Shown here piece by piece: positions 1 through 29,715 of a stretch of DNA of 64,000 nt (its first letter is position 1; each line of letters opens with the position of its first letter). The notes beneath the pieces were generated by a model. It ran no database searches. It was not told where the DNA came from and saw only the letters and a program-made list of their open reading frames with translations. Origin of the DNA: the human T2T-CHM13v2.0 reference genome, Homo sapiens; assembly GCF_009914755.1 (NCBI RefSeq), contig NC_060947.1, one strand, 5' to 3'. A program made the position numbers and the translations under genes.

Positions 1-211
<211 letters not shown>

Positions 212-212
212 T

Positions 213-980
<768 letters not shown>

Positions 981-1114
981 TTTTAACCTTTTTTAAATGT
1001 ACAGTTCAGTAGCATTAAGGACATTCTCATTATTGTGCAGTTTTCACCACCCTGCACTTCCCAAGCTTGTTTATCTTTCGCAACTGAAACTATGTCCTCA
1101 TGAAACACTCTCAG

Positions 1115-1428
1115 GGCCGGGCGCGGTGGCTCACGCCTGTCATCCCAGCACTTTGGGAGGCCGAGGCCTGTGGATCACCTGAGGTCAGGAGTTCAAGACC
1201 AGCCTGGCCAACATGGAGAAACCCCGTCTCTACTAAAAATACAAAAATCAGCCCGGCGTGGTGGCGCACGTCTGTAATCTCAGCTACTCGGGAGGCTGAG
1301 GCAGGAGAATGGTCTGAACCCGGGAAGAGGAGCTTGCAGTGAGCCGAGATCACGACACTGCACTCCAGTCTGGGTGACGGAGTGAGACTCCCTCTGCAAT
1401 CAAACAAATAACAACAACAACAAAAAAA
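1115..1428 (+). mobile_element. Full-length AluS
   Basis: GGCCGGGCGCGGTGGCTCACGCC start, dimer structure, (CAA)n/A tail. Confidence 0.95.
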
Positions 1429-1463
1429 CAGTCCCTCCTCATTCCCCTCCCACAGCCCCTGGC

Positions 1464-3560
<2,097 letters not shown>

Positions 3561-3595
3561 AACTCCAAAAAAAAAAAAATAGAAGTGTTCATACA

Positions 3596-4880
<1,285 letters not shown>

Positions 4881-4959
4881 TCTCACCAGCAATCACCTCT
4901 CCCTCGAGTGATGTTCTTGAAAGCTGAACTACAACCACAGTGGAAAAGCCGGCGTGTCA

Positions 4960-5930
<971 letters not shown>

Positions 5931-5942
5931 AGGACTTTTTAA

Positions 5943-7560
<1,618 letters not shown>

Positions 7561-9385
7561 TAACACACATACTTCATATTCCTTTTCATGGCTGAGTAAT
7601 ATTCCCCATATGGGTGGACCATGTTCTGTTCCTCCATTCATCTGTTGATGGGCACCTGGGTTATCCCATACCTTAGCTATTATGAATAACACACAGACTT
7701 CCTATTCCTTTTCATGGCTGAGTAATATTCCCCGTATGGGTGGACCACATTCTGTTCCTCCATTCATCTATTGATAGACACTTGGGTTATCCCATATTTT
7801 ACCTATTGTAACTATTGCAGTGAGGACTTCATTCCCTTTTCATGGCTGAGTAATATTCCCCTCTATGGGTGGACCATGTTCTATTCTTCCATTCATCTGT
7901 TGATGGGCACTAGGGTTATCCTATACCTTAACTGTTGTGAATAAAACAAAGACTTCCTATTCCTTTTCATGGCTGAGTAATATTCCCCGTATGGGTGGAC
8001 CACATTCTGTTCCTCCATTCATCTATTGATAGACACTTGGGTTATCCCATATTTTACCTATTGTAACTATTGCAGTGAGGACTTCATTTCCTTTTTATGG
8101 CTGAGTAATATTCCCCTGTATGGGTGGACCATGTTCTGTTCCTCCATTCGTCTGTTGATGGGCACTAGGGTTATCCCATAACTTAGCTATTATGAATAAT
8201 GCCAAGACTTCACGTTCCTTTTCATGGCTGAGTAATATTCCCCTGCATGGGGGGACCATCTTCTGTTCTTCCATTCCTCTATTGATAGACACCCATATCT
8301 TAGCTATTGTAACTAATACAGTGAGGACTTCACTCCCTTTTTATGGCTAAGTAATATTCTCCTGTATGGGTGGACGATGATCTATTCCTCCATTCATCTG
8401 TTGATGGGAACTTGGGTTATCCCATAACTTAGCTGTTGTGAATAACACAAAGCCTTCCTATTCCTTTTCATGGCTGAGTAATATTCCCCGTATGGGTGGA
8501 CCACATTCTGTTCCTCCATTCATCTATTGATAGACACTTGGGTTATCCCATATTTTACCTATTGTAACTATTGCAGTGAGGACTTCATTCCCTTTTTATG
8601 GCTCAGTAATATTCCCCTGTATGGGTGGAACATGTTCTGTTCTTCCATTCATCTGTTGATGGGCACTACGGTTATCCTATACGTTAACTGTTGTGAATAA
8701 CAAAGGCTTCATATTCCTTTTCATAGCTGAGTAATACTCCCCTGTATGGGTGGACCATGTTCCATTCCTCCAATCATCTATTGATAGACACTTAGGTTAT
8801 CCTACCTCTTAGCTATTGTGAATAACACAAAGACTTCTTATTCCTTTTCATGGCTGAGTAACATTCTCCTGTATGGGTGGACCATGATCTATTCCTCCAT
8901 TCATCTGTTGATAGGCACTTGGGTTATCCCATACCTTAGCTATTGTGAATAACACAAAGACTTCCTATTCCTTTTCACGGCTGAGTAATAGTCTTCTCTA
9001 TGGGTGGACCATGATCTATTCCTCCATGTTCATAGATACTTGGGTTATTCCATATCGTAGCTATTGTAACTAATACGATGAGGACTTCATTCCCTTTTTT
9101 TGGCTGAATAATATTCGAGATACAAGATGTCAAGGTACAATGATGAAGTTTATGACTTCCCAGTTTTTTCTTTTTCTTAGGGAACAGCCAAGAACTAACA
9201 TGTTTCCTACACTTTCTATTTTCCTTTCCAATGAATGGTCTCTCTGTGATTTCATTAGGAAAAATACCCCAATTTCCTTACATGCCAATGTATAGAGAAC
9301 AGGTAGAGATCCAGATGGAAGATTAGAGATCAATTGACCTTTTAGTTTGTAAGTGTCTTATGTATATGAACATAAGCATGTTTTA

Positions 9386-9630
<245 letters not shown>

Positions 9631-9921
9631 GTTCCTATATTCCTATAGGGTTCCTATATTTGCATAATTCATTAGTAGAGAAATTCAGGTTTCTCATAAT
9701 GAATCTTCTGAATATCTAACCATGTTAGTTATGAGTTGGCCATTCCTAATAGCTTTTATGAAATAAAATCAAGCTTGACTTTTTTTCTCTTTTGCTGTCA
9801 AAATTCTCATTATTAACTGGAATATTCATGGGAAAATGGCAGATAATGTCAAGCCAGTCATCCACTTTGGCTTTGCGTTTTTAAAATTGATAAGTCAACC
9901 TTCTAAACTGTCTTTTAAAAA

Positions 9922-10270
9922 TTTTATTTTATTTTACTTCAAGTTCTGGGGTACATGTGCAGAACGTGCAGGTTTGTTACATAGGTACACGTGTGCCATG
10001 GTGGTTTGCTGCACCTGTCAACCTGTCATCTAGGTTTTAAGCCCTGCATGCATTAGGACAAATACCTCCCCTTGCCCCCCAGCCCCCAACAGGCCCCGGT
10101 GTGTAATGTTCCCTCCCTGTGTCCATGTGTTCTTGATGTTCAACTCCCATTTTTGAGTGAGAACATGCGGTGTTTGGTTTTCTGTTCCTGTGTGAGTTTG
10201 CTGAGCACGATGGCTTCCAGCTTCATCCATGTCCCTGCAAAGGACATGATCTCATTCATTTTCATAGCTG
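9922..10270 (-). mobile_element. L1PA 3' end fragment
   Basis: GTACATGTGCAGAACGTGCAGGTTTGTTACATAGG...CTTCATCCATGTCCCTGCAAAGG. Confidence 0.9.
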
Positions 10271-10494
10271 CACCTTCTACACTTTTAAATTTTGGAACAA
10301 CTGCAGACTTACAGGAGGATTACAAAAACAGTACAGAAAGTCCTTCGCACCCCTCTCAGTCAGCTTCCTCTGCTATCTTACATAACCTGGGTGCATTTAT
10401 CACAATGAGACGTCAACGGCGATGCAACACGATTAGCAAGTCTGCAGAGTGTGTTTGCATTTCGCCAGATTTTCCGGTCCTTTCTTTTATTTAG

Positions 10495-10890
<396 letters not shown>

Positions 10891-11086
10891 AATTCCCTTG
10901 TTTTTAAGAGCTTGACGATTTTGAAGAGTCGTGGTACAGGTGTGCTGAGAAATGTCCATCACGTTTTTCCAGGTTCAGGCTAGGGGCTGAGGAGGGTGGG
11001 AAGCGGACCACAGAGGGAACTGGAGTCATCAATGCTGGTATCGCTGAAGACGTCCCGTTGACATCTTGTACCTGCCCATGCGACGT

Positions 11087-11585
11087 GGAGGTGGCCTCCA
11101 ACAGGTGTCTCCAGCATTGATGACTTGGTGGAAGTGGCCTCTGCCAGGTGTCTCCAGTGTTGATGACTCAGCGGAGGTGGCCTCTGCCAGGTGTCTCCAG
11201 CATTGATGACTCAGCGGAGGTGGCCTCTGCCAGGTGTCTCCAGCATTGATGACTCAGCGGAGGTGGCCTCTCTCAGGTGTCTCCAGTGTTGATGACTCGG
11301 TGGAGGTGGCCTCTCTCGGGTGTCTCCAGCATTGATGACTCAGCGGAGGTGGCCTCTCTCAGGTGTCTCCAGTGTTGATGACTCGGTGGAGGTGGCCTCT
11401 CTCGGTTGTCTCCAGCATTGATGACTCAGTGGAGGTGGCCTCTCTCAGGTATCTCCACGTTGATGACTTGGCGGAGGTGGCCTCTCTCAGGTGTCTCCAG
11501 GGTTGATGAGTCAGCGGAGGTGGCCTCTGCCAGGTGTCTCCACGTCGATGACTCAGCGGAGGTGGCCTCTGCCTGGTGTCTCCAC
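11087..11585. repeat. 43-bp minisatellite, ~11.6 copies (GGAGGTGGCCTCTGCCAGGTGTCTCCAGCATTGATGACTCAGC)
   Basis: Unit starts at 11087, 11130, 11173, 11216, 11259, 11302, 11345, 11388, 11431, 11473, 11516 and 11558. Confidence 0.97.
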
Positions 11586-11799
11586 AGAGAAGTTGCTATG
11601 TTTCTCGTTCTATCATTTCCTCCTTGGAAGCCAGGCCAAACTATCCGAGCAACTCTCTCTTACCGGGGATTATATTCTACTTGACTTCTCCTGCTTGGAG
11701 TAGTGGGGAAGTGTCTGGTGGAATAATAGGAATTCTTTTGTAAGGGAGGTTGGGCTCTTCTCCCATGTTTATGTTTGAGTTAATCCTTTTATAAAGGTA

Positions 11800-12222
11800 T
11801 ATATAATGTATATATATATATATGTAATACACATAAAATATGCCATATACATATACACAAGAAATACAAATATCTATATATAACATTAATATGATCTCAG
11901 TATAAATTCATATATATACTAGTATAAACTCACTAGTATAAGTATAAAGTATATTAGTATAATAAACATATGTTACTGTAAACTCTGTATTATATATTAG
12001 CATAATAAATATATATTTGAATTCAGTATAAACTCATATATAGTAGAATAAACTCATCAGCATTGGTATAATATAAACTCATTACTATTAAGTCATATAT
12101 ATACTAGTATAAACTCATTATTACTTAAATAGTATAAATATATGTATTAGTATAAATTCATTAGTATAAATACATACTAGTATAAACTCATTAGTATACG
12201 TAATATATGTATAATATATATA
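11800..12222. repeat. AT-rich degenerate satellite (TAGTATAAACTCAT core), left part
   Basis: Recurrent TAGTATAAACTCA and TATATA blocks. Confidence 0.9.
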
Positions 12223-12470
12223 TTTTTTTTATATCAGACAAGAATTTTGTACTTTATTCTGTAGGCAATGAGGGGCATTGAAAGTAGGTCCTTTAGCAAG
12301 AACGGGGCATAGTCAGAGCTTTAAAAGAAAGATCAATACGTCAGCAATTGTGAAATAAAATGTCATCATTATTATATAGCAAATAAAAATGGAAACATTA
12401 GAATTCCAATAGGTAAGATCCCAGAATACAATGATTCTAAAGTAAGATATTCACCTTTCCCAATTATTGC
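12223..12470 (-). other. Probable L1 3' transduced sequence with its own poly(A) signal and tail
   Basis: Non-L1, non-satellite sequence between the L1 tail (12471-12505) and a second T-run (12223-12230). TTTATT (minus-strand AATAAA) at 12253-12258. Confidence 0.75.
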
Positions 12471-12706
12471 TTTTTTTTTTAAATTTTTTAAGTTTATTTC
12501 TTTTATTATTTAAATTTTAGGGTACATGTGCACATTGTGCAGGTTAGTTACATATGTATACATGTGCCATGCTGGTGAGCTGCACCCACTAACTCGTCAT
12601 CTAGCATTAGGTATATCTCCCAATGCTATCCCTCCCCCCTCCCCCCACCCCACAACAGTCCCCAGAGTGTGATGTTCCCCTTCCTGTGTCCATGTGTTCT
12701 CATTGT

Positions 12707-16548
<3,842 letters not shown>

Positions 16549-16596
16549 TTATTTTGCTCGTTAGTTGATGCAGTTTCTTCCTCGTCTTGATGGTCT

Positions 16597-17605
16597 TTAC
16601 ATTTTGGCATGATTTTGCAGTGGCTGGTACTGGTTGTTCCTTTCCATGTTTAGTGCTTCCTTCAGGAGCTCTTTTAGGGCAGGCCTGGTGGTGACAAAAT
16701 CTCTCAGCATTTGGTTGTCTGTAAAGTATTTTATTTCTCCTTCACTTATGAAGCTTAGTTTGGCTGGATATGAAATTCTGGGTTGAAAATTCTTTAAGAA
16801 TGTTGAATATTGGCCCCCACTCTCTTCTGACTTGTAGGATTTCTGCTGAGAGATCTGCTGTTAGTCTGATGGGCTTCCCTTTGAGGGTAACCTGACCTTT
16901 CTCTCTGGCTGCCCTTAACATTTTTTCCTTCATTTCAACTTTGGTGAATCTGACAATTATGTGTCTTGGAGTTGCTCTTCTCGAGGAGTATCTTTGTGGC
17001 GTTCTCTGTATTTCCTGAATCTGAATGTTGGCCTGACTTGCTAGATTGGGGAAGTTCTCCTGGATAATATCCTGCAGAGTGTTTTCCAACTTGGTTCCAT
17101 TCTCCCCATCACTTTCAGGTACACCAATCAGACGTAGATTTGGTCTTTTCACATAGTCCCATATTTCTTGGAGGCTTTGCTCATTTCTTTTTATTCTTTT
17201 TTCTGTAAACTTCCCTTCTCGCTTCATTTCATTCATTTCATCTTCCATCGCTGATACCCTTTCTTCCAGTTGATCGCATCGGCTCCTGAGGCTTCTGCAT
17301 TCTTCACGTAGTTCTCGAGCCTTGGTTTTCAGCTCCATCAGCTCCTTTAAGCACTTCTCTGTATTGGTTATTCTAGTTATACATTCTTCTAAATTTTTTT
17401 CAAAGTTTTCAACTTCTTTGCCTTTGATTTGAATGTCCTCCCGTAGCTCAGAGTAATTTGATCGTCTGAAGCCTTCTCTCAGCTCGTCAAAGTCATTCTC
17501 CGTCCAGCTTTGTTCCGTTGCTGGTGAGGAACTGCGTTCCTTTGGAGGAGGAGAAGCTCTCTGCTTTTTAGAGTTTCCAGTTTTTCTGTTCTGTTTTTTC
17601 CCCAT
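16597..17605 (-). pseudogene. L1 ORF1p, frameshifted near 16790
   Basis: MGKKQNRKTGNSK start, coiled coil and RRM. Frame is lost after FNILKE. Confidence 0.95.
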
Positions 17606-18508
17606 CTTTGTGGTTTTATCTACTTTTGGTCTTTGATGATGGTGATGTACAGATGGGTTTTTGGTGTGGATGTCCTTTCTGTTTGTTAGTTTTCCTTCTA
17701 ACAGACAGGACGCTCAGCTGCAGGTCTGTTGGAATACCCTGCCGTGTCAGGTGTCAGTGTGCCCCTGCTGGGGGGTGCCTCCCAGTTAGGCTGCTCGGGG
17801 GTCAGGGGTCAGGGACCCACTTGAGGAGGCAGTCTGCCCGTTCTCAGATCTCCAGCTGCATGCTGGGAGAACCACTGCTCTCTTCAAAGCTGTCAGACAG
17901 GGACATTTAAGTCTGCAGAGGTTACTGTTGTCTTTTTGTTTGTCTGTGCCCTGCCCCCAGAGGTGGAGCCTACAGAGGCAGGCAGGCCTCCTTGAGCTGT
18001 GGTGGGCTCCACCCAGTTCGAGCTTCCCGGCTGCTTTGTTTACCTAAGCAAGCCTGGGCAATGGCGGGCGCCCCTCCCCAAGCCTCGCTGCCGCCTTGCA
18101 GTTTGATCTCAGACTGCTGTTCTAGCAATCAGCGAGACTCCATGGGCGTGGGACCCTCCGAGCCAGGTGCGGGATATAATCTCCTGGCGTGCCGTTTTTT
18201 AAGCCGGTCTGAAAAGCGCAGTATTCGGGTGGGAGTGACCCAATTTTCCAGGTGCCGTCTGTCACCCCTTTCTTTGACTAGGAAAGGGAACTCCTTGAAC
18301 CCTTGCGTTTTCGGAGTGAGGCAATGCCTCCCCCTGCTTCGGCTCGTGCATGGTGCGCGCACCCGCTGACCTGCGCCCACTGTCTGGCACTCCCTAGTGA
18401 GATGAACCTGGTACCTCAGATGGAAATGCAGAAATCACCATCTTCTGCGTCGCTCATGCTGGGAGCTGTAGACCGGAGCTGTTCCTATTCGGCCATCTTG
18501 GCTCCTCC
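17606..18508 (-). promoter_or_regulatory. L1 5'UTR with sense and antisense promoters, CpG-rich, YY1 site intact
   Basis: CAAGATGGCC (YY1) on the minus strand at 18491-18500. Many CpGs retained at 18020-18500. Confidence 0.85.
18061..18369 (+). CDS. L1 ORF0-like antisense ORF (102 aa, C-terminally extended)
   Basis: MAGAPPQASLPPCSLISDCC...GVGPSEPG matches primate L1 ORF0. Kozak context GCAATGG. Expression unknown. Confidence 0.55.
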   Translation: MAGAPPQASLPPCSLISDCCSSNQRDSMGVGPSEPGAGYNLLACRFLSRSEKRSIRVGVTQFSRCRLSPLSLTRKGNSLNPCVFGVRQCLPLLRLVHGARTR

Positions 18509-18511
18509 GGC

Positions 18512-19645
18512 TGTATAACATATATTAATGTAAACTCTAGTATAAACATGTATATACTAGTATAAACTCATGTATATACTAGTATAAACTCATGTATATA
18601 CTAGTATAAACTCAGGTATATACTAGTATAAACTCAGGTATATACTAGTATAAACTCATGTATATACTAGTATAAACTCATTAGTATTTGTATAATATAT
18701 ATTAGTATAATAAATTAGTGTAAACTCATTAGTATAAGCTCATATATAGTAGAAAAACCCATTACTATTTGTATAATATATATTAGTATAATAAAGATAT
18801 AGGTATAAACTTATTAGTATAAACATATATGCTAATATAAACTCAGTATAAGTGTAATATATATTAGTATAATATCAACATAAACTAGCAGAAACTAATA
18901 TATATACTAGTATAAACTCATTAGTATTTGTATAAGTATAATATACATTAGTGTAAACTCATTAGTATAAACTCATATAGTAGAATAAACCCATTACTAT
19001 TTGTATAATATATATTAGCATAATAAATATATAGGTATAAACTCAGTATAAACATATACGCTAATATAAACTCATTAGTATAAGTGTAATACATATTAGT
19101 ATTATAAATATCAACATAAACTCTAGTAGAAACTAATATATGTACTAGTATAAACTCATTAGTATTTGTATAATATATATTAGTATCATAAATATATATT
19201 ACTGTAAACTCATTAGTATAAACTCATGTATATAGTAGAATAAACCCAGTAGTATTTGTATAATAATATTAGTATAATAAATATACATTGTTATAAACTC
19301 ATTAGTATAAACATATATAGTAGTATAAACTCATTAGTATTTGTATAATATATTAATATGATTAATATACCAAATATACCAATAAAAATTGGTATAAATT
19401 CATTAGTATAAACTCATATATACTAGTATAAACTCAGTATCTGTATATTAGTATATATTATAAACTCATAAACACATATACTAGTATAAACTCATTAGAA
19501 TTTGTATTATATATTAATAGTATAAACTCCTATATATACTAGTATAAACTCAGTATTTTTATAATATAAATATGTTAGTAGAAACTCATCAGTGTAAAGT
19601 CATCTAAATTAGTATAGTAAATATATACTAGTGTAAACTCATGGC
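18512..19645. repeat. AT-rich satellite, right part, with near-perfect 22-bp units (TATATACTAGTATAAACTCATG) at ~18535-18680
   Basis: Same core motif as 11800-12222. Confidence 0.92.
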
Positions 19646-19932
19646 TATCTGTTAACAAACAGGAAGGTACAGAGCTGATGTCTTGAGCTAGCTGGAGATT
19701 GCCTTCCGTGGTGGGTTATAACCCAGTACTATCCTTAGCTATTTTTAATTTTTATTTTTATTTTACTCTGTGGCCCAGATGGTTTAAGTCTTGCCATTGG
19801 TTGGTCTTGGGAAGATCTTCCAGACTGGCTGCGGCATTGTGACCTGTGCAGTGTCCCTCATTTTGAGTTTTTCTGATGTTTTCTCATGGTTAGAGGGAGG
19901 CTTTGCATTTTTGGAAGTCCTCTGTTTGTTAG

Positions 19933-22317
<2,385 letters not shown>

Positions 22318-22318
22318 G

Positions 22319-22605
<287 letters not shown>

Positions 22606-23230
22606 TAGAGTTCTCTTTTTATATATGGTCCTAGTGACGGAATGCTGGTGATGAATATGTCAAGATTCGCGCCTCCCATCTCTCAAACTAGGAGAAGCAA
22701 ATGCTGATGAGACACTAAGACAATTCCAAGGCACAGGGCAATGTTTTCTCGGCTGGCAGTTCTGCTGCGTTTTGTCATGGCACATGTCCTACATATTGGA
22801 ATTACTCCATCTGCAGAGGAGGAGGAGCCTCAATCTTCAGCTTCAGTGGTGCCTTTGGCAGCAAGGACCTGGAGATTGTTCACTTGTGAAGGATGCAGGG
22901 GACAGATTCAGGGCCGGGTGAGCACGTCCATTTAGGGTTTGGGAGCTGGACGGCAGCTCTGATTTTTCAGCCTTCCCATCATTGTTGCAGAAACAGCCAT
23001 CTCCTTGGGGGATTATCGCATTTCGGTCAGGGAGGCGTGTTTCCCCAACCTCCCCACACCCTGCATACTTCATCCTGTATCTGGTCTTCAGAGCTGTGTC
23101 TTCCTCATCAGCCCTCGCTGATGGGGTGGCTGGGAGTATCCAGCCTTTTCCACCTGTATTAGGGCATCGGGGGAAAGACAAGAGACGGGAACTGGGTGTG
23201 CCTGTTTCTCAACCACCAAAAAGGTCCATC

Positions 23231-24951
<1,721 letters not shown>

Positions 24952-25189
24952 AACCATGTGGAGTTTGCCTTATACTTTGAACCCTTCCAAGAGCTGGGTG
25001 GCGCAAAGATCTTTAACTGAATCCCAGACTCATCTATTAGAAGTTCTCTGCATCTTACATGAATTTCAAGCTCACTTCATTTATTTTCTATAATCCCTTC
25101 TTTGGGGATTTGTGTGTAGTGTCTAAGTCAGCCATTTTATTCTTAGCAAAAGCTGTCATTGCTTTGTAAGATGTTGTAATTCAAGAATA

Positions 25190-25840
25190 TTTATCATCTA
25201 TTTATATAGATCTTCATAATTATCTACCTTCATTAATATCTACCTATCCATTATCTAATCTATCATCTATCCATCATCTGTGTATCTCTGTCTACCTATT
25301 TATCTATCTACCTATCTAATCTATCATCTATCCATCTATCATCTGTGTATCTCTACCTATTTATCTACCTATCATGTATCGTTGTCTATTCATATATTAT
25401 CATTTACCTCTTCTATCTACCTACCTATCATCTATCCATCTATCATCTGTGTATCTGTCTATGTATTTATGTATCTATCTATCACCTATCATTATCTATT
25501 AATGTATTATCTATCATTTACCTCATCTATCCATCCACCCAGCTATTTATTTATAGATCTATTTATCTACCCATCACTTATCACCTATCCATATTCATCT
25601 GTCATCTGTTCATGTATTCTTTCTACTTATCTTGCCATTTACCTATCATCTATCTTATGTACCTATCATTCTATCATCTGTCTATTGATCAGTTATGTAG
25701 CAATCTATCATCTCTATCATCTATCTGTCATCTCTCTCCATCATCTGTCTGTGTCTACCCTATTTATCTATCTATCTACCTACCTACCTACCTATCTATG
25801 TCTCTATCTACATATCTAGGTCTTTATTTATTATCTATCA
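25190..25840. repeat. Degenerate (TCTA)n/(TCCA)n satellite
   Basis: Repeated ATCT/TCAT tetramers. Confidence 0.95.
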
Positions 25841-26662
25841 ATTTTTCTCCTCCCCTTCTTTTTGCTCCGCCCTCTGCATTGGGCTTCAAAGGAATCCAGT
25901 TGGAATGTGAATTTCAGGGATAGCATGAAATGATGCCTGGGATCCCAGCACCGATACCCTACATCTGACCTCAAAGCTTCTAGAAAGAGTGTTACTCAAC
26001 CATGTGCTCCTTAAGAGATGGGTGTTAATAAAAGAGGAAAAGCCAAGTTTTCTAAGGTTTCAAGGCATCAGGCTGTTCTCAACCACTGCTCCGTTCACCT
26101 CCTAGAACAGAATCGGGCTCAAAGAGAAGGTGCGTGATGAGTATATGCGGCAGCAATAAATGCTCAGCCGCCAATAAATGCTCAACATCTGCTTGACTTT
26201 TCTTCAAGATGCCCCAGATGTGGGAGTGCTTCCTTCCTGGGGAAGTCGCTTGTGTCATCAAATGTAAAATCTCCTCTTACATCTCCTGTTCTCTGGGATA
26301 TAATTACATCGTTTGCCAGAGATTTTCTTCAAGCGTGACGGCCAATGTTGTTACCTTGTGACAACTTTCTCTTCTCAGTCCTGGTTCAGTGCTAGAGGTA
26401 AGGTAGCGGCCGTGTCAGAATTCTGAACACATTTGGTTCAGAATAAAATCAGTGCTCACCATGATCCTTATGAGTCTGACCGATGTTTGTGTCTGCACTT
26501 TGGCCTCTTGGCTCTTTAAGTGAAAGTTGTAAATTTTCTGTTGTAAACAGCCCAGAAATGTCAAATCCTTGACCCAGGGAGAAAGAGAATAAATCAAGCC
26601 CCTAATGTGTTTCATATTCAGAGAAGCATTCAAAGGTTGATGAGAAATAAATGTTTATTTAA

Positions 26663-27556
<894 letters not shown>

Positions 27557-27715
27557 CTTGTATTCTTACTGATGTGGCCATGAGCAGGTTGAATAGTTAC
27601 TGCATGGTTTTCCTTTTAATGTGGGATTTTCTGTTCATGGCCATAAGCTGAACATCTTGTCTAGGTTGTGGTTAAGGCTAAGGAACATATAACTCAAGAG
27701 CAGGCATTTTCCTTA

Positions 27716-27904
27716 GCCGAGGGTGTGAGTTCCAGTCTGAGTCTGAAGGCCTGAGACCCAGGAGAGCTGAGGGTGTCAGCTCCAGTCTGAGTCTGAAGAC
27801 TTGAGACCCAGGAGAGCTGAGGGTGTGAGTTCTAGTGTGAGTCTGAAGGCCTGAGACCCAGGAGAGCTGAGGGTGTGAGTTCCAGTCTGAGTCTGAAGGC
27901 CTGA
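27716..27904. repeat. 50-bp tandem repeat (~3.7 copies), MLT2-like internal motif
   Basis: GGGTGT(G/C)AG starts at 27721, 27771, 27821 and 27871. Confidence 0.92.
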
Positions 27905-28611
27905 TCTTTCAGCTCAATCAGAGAGCTTTTTCAGTGCTTTTAAAATCCATTTGTCCATATTGAGATTATTGTTCTCAGCTGTATTTTCAATGTCGTCACA
28001 CTTCTGAGTTTATCAAGCCTGGTACATTTGCATGTGATTGTGTGAATTTGTGTTTATTTCTGGGCCAAGGTAGAAAGAATAATGAAATCATTCTTATTGA
28101 AAGATGAATCAAGTCCATTCCCTAATTATTTCCTCCTTCATGCTGGTGGCCTTGGGTTTCAGAGATGAGAGTGGAGGAAGAGGAGGTATCTCAGAAGCTA
28201 TCAGGAGACTGCATTCCAGCTGGGTGACTCCTAAGTTGGGCGGGGGAATTTTAAAAAACACCAGTATCTCTTCCTCCCCTTTGCCTGCCTGGACTTTGAT
28301 CTACCATCAGAGAATGGTCCTTTTCAGGGCCACGCAGGGTACCAGGAGGGGTCCAGGAGGAGGTGGGGCTTGGCCATCCTGATGCCATTCTTGCCTCAAT
28401 AGCCTCTGAATGACAAAAAACAAGCAAGTGGGCTGTTAGGTTGCATTGCTGAAAAATGTCACAGGCATCCCCTCTGCAGCACGACATCACCGGACCTCAA
28501 AAGCAGCCTCCTTGGTGGGGCATCCTGGTCCCAGAAGTCAGGAGAGTCTAGAGTTGCTTTCATTCCTGTTTACCTGGAATCACGCATTGCAAGTGTTCAT
28601 TCCCTTGTGGA

Positions 28612-29148
28612 GTCCTTCTTTCCCTCCCTCCCTCTCTTCCTTCCTTCCTTCTTTCCCTTCCTTCCTTCTTTCCTTCTTTCCCTTCCTTCTTTCCCTCCCT
28701 CCCTCCCTCCCTCTCTCTTCCTTCCTTCCTTCTTTCCTTCTTTGCTTCCTTCCTTCCTTCTTTCCCTTCCCTCCCTCCCTTCTTTCCCTCCCTCCCTCCT
28801 TCCCTCCCTTCTTCCTTCCCTCCCTCCCTCCCTCCCTCCTTCCTTCCTTTCGTCCTTCCTCTTGTCTTGCTCTGTCGCCCAGACTGGACTGCAGTGGTGC
28901 AATCTCAGCTCACTGCAACCTCTGCCTCCTAGGTTCAAGTGATAATTCTGCCTCAGCCTCCCGAGTAGCTGTGATTACAGGTGTCCGCCACCACAGCCGG
29001 CTAATTTTTTTTTTTTTTGTATTTTTAGTAGAGATGCAGTTTCACCATGTTGGTCAGGCTGGTCTCGAACCCCTGACCTCAGGTGATCCACCCGCCTTGG
29101 CCTCCCAAAGTGCTGGGATGACAGGTGTGAGCCCCTGCACCCAGCCGG
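28612..29148 (-). mobile_element. Alu with its tail expanded into (CCTT)n/(CCCT)n
   Basis: Pyrimidine tetramer tract 28612-28860 abuts the Alu 3' end. Confidence 0.92.
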
Positions 29149-29528
29149 TAGCTGTCTTTCCTTGGCTGGGGTGTCTACGCAATTGAGCTTGGGTTAGGGG
29201 CAACTATGCATTTAATGCAGGTTGGTCAATTATATGGTTTACTCTTTAGGGTCTTCCTTTGCAAAGAGTGTACAGTAATGGATGCCATGTGGGTGGCTGG
29301 GATGTGGCAGACATTCTCTGGAATAATGCTGGCAAAATGCTCTTTCCTCCTAAGAGAAAAAGATGCCCATCTGTCCAGGAAGATGCCTGAGAAAACAGTC
29401 ATCAATCGGGAAAGAAAAACATAGCCGTCTCCATTGCACGCCGCATTTGAGCCGCTGCTATATTTCTCTCTTTAGTTGTGTGTGTCTATGTGTGTGTCTA
29501 TGCCTGTGTGAATGTAGTATAAGATCCA

Positions 29529-29715
29529 GACTGAAAGCCTGAGACCCAGGAGAGCCGAGGGTGTGAGTTCCAGTCTGAGTCTGAAGGCCTGAGACCCAGG
29601 AGAGCTGAGGGTGTGAGTTCCAGTGTGAATCTGAAGACCCGAGACCCAGGAGAGCTGAGAGTGTGATTTCTAGTCTGAGTCTAAAGGCCTGCATCTGGAA
29701 CTGACACTGTCAGCT
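29529..29715. repeat. Second copy of the 50-bp repeat (~3.3 units) with a short inverted unit fragment at its end
   Basis: CCTGAGACCCAGGAGAG(C/CT)GAGGGTGTGAGTTCCAG units. CTGGAACTGACACTGTCAGCT is an inverted unit piece. Confidence 0.88.

Noticed and set aside
11087-11585. CRISPR-like appearance of the regular repeats (also 7500-9116 and 61653-62078)
   Set aside because: Units are contiguous with no unique spacers, there are no cas genes, and the DNA is primate.
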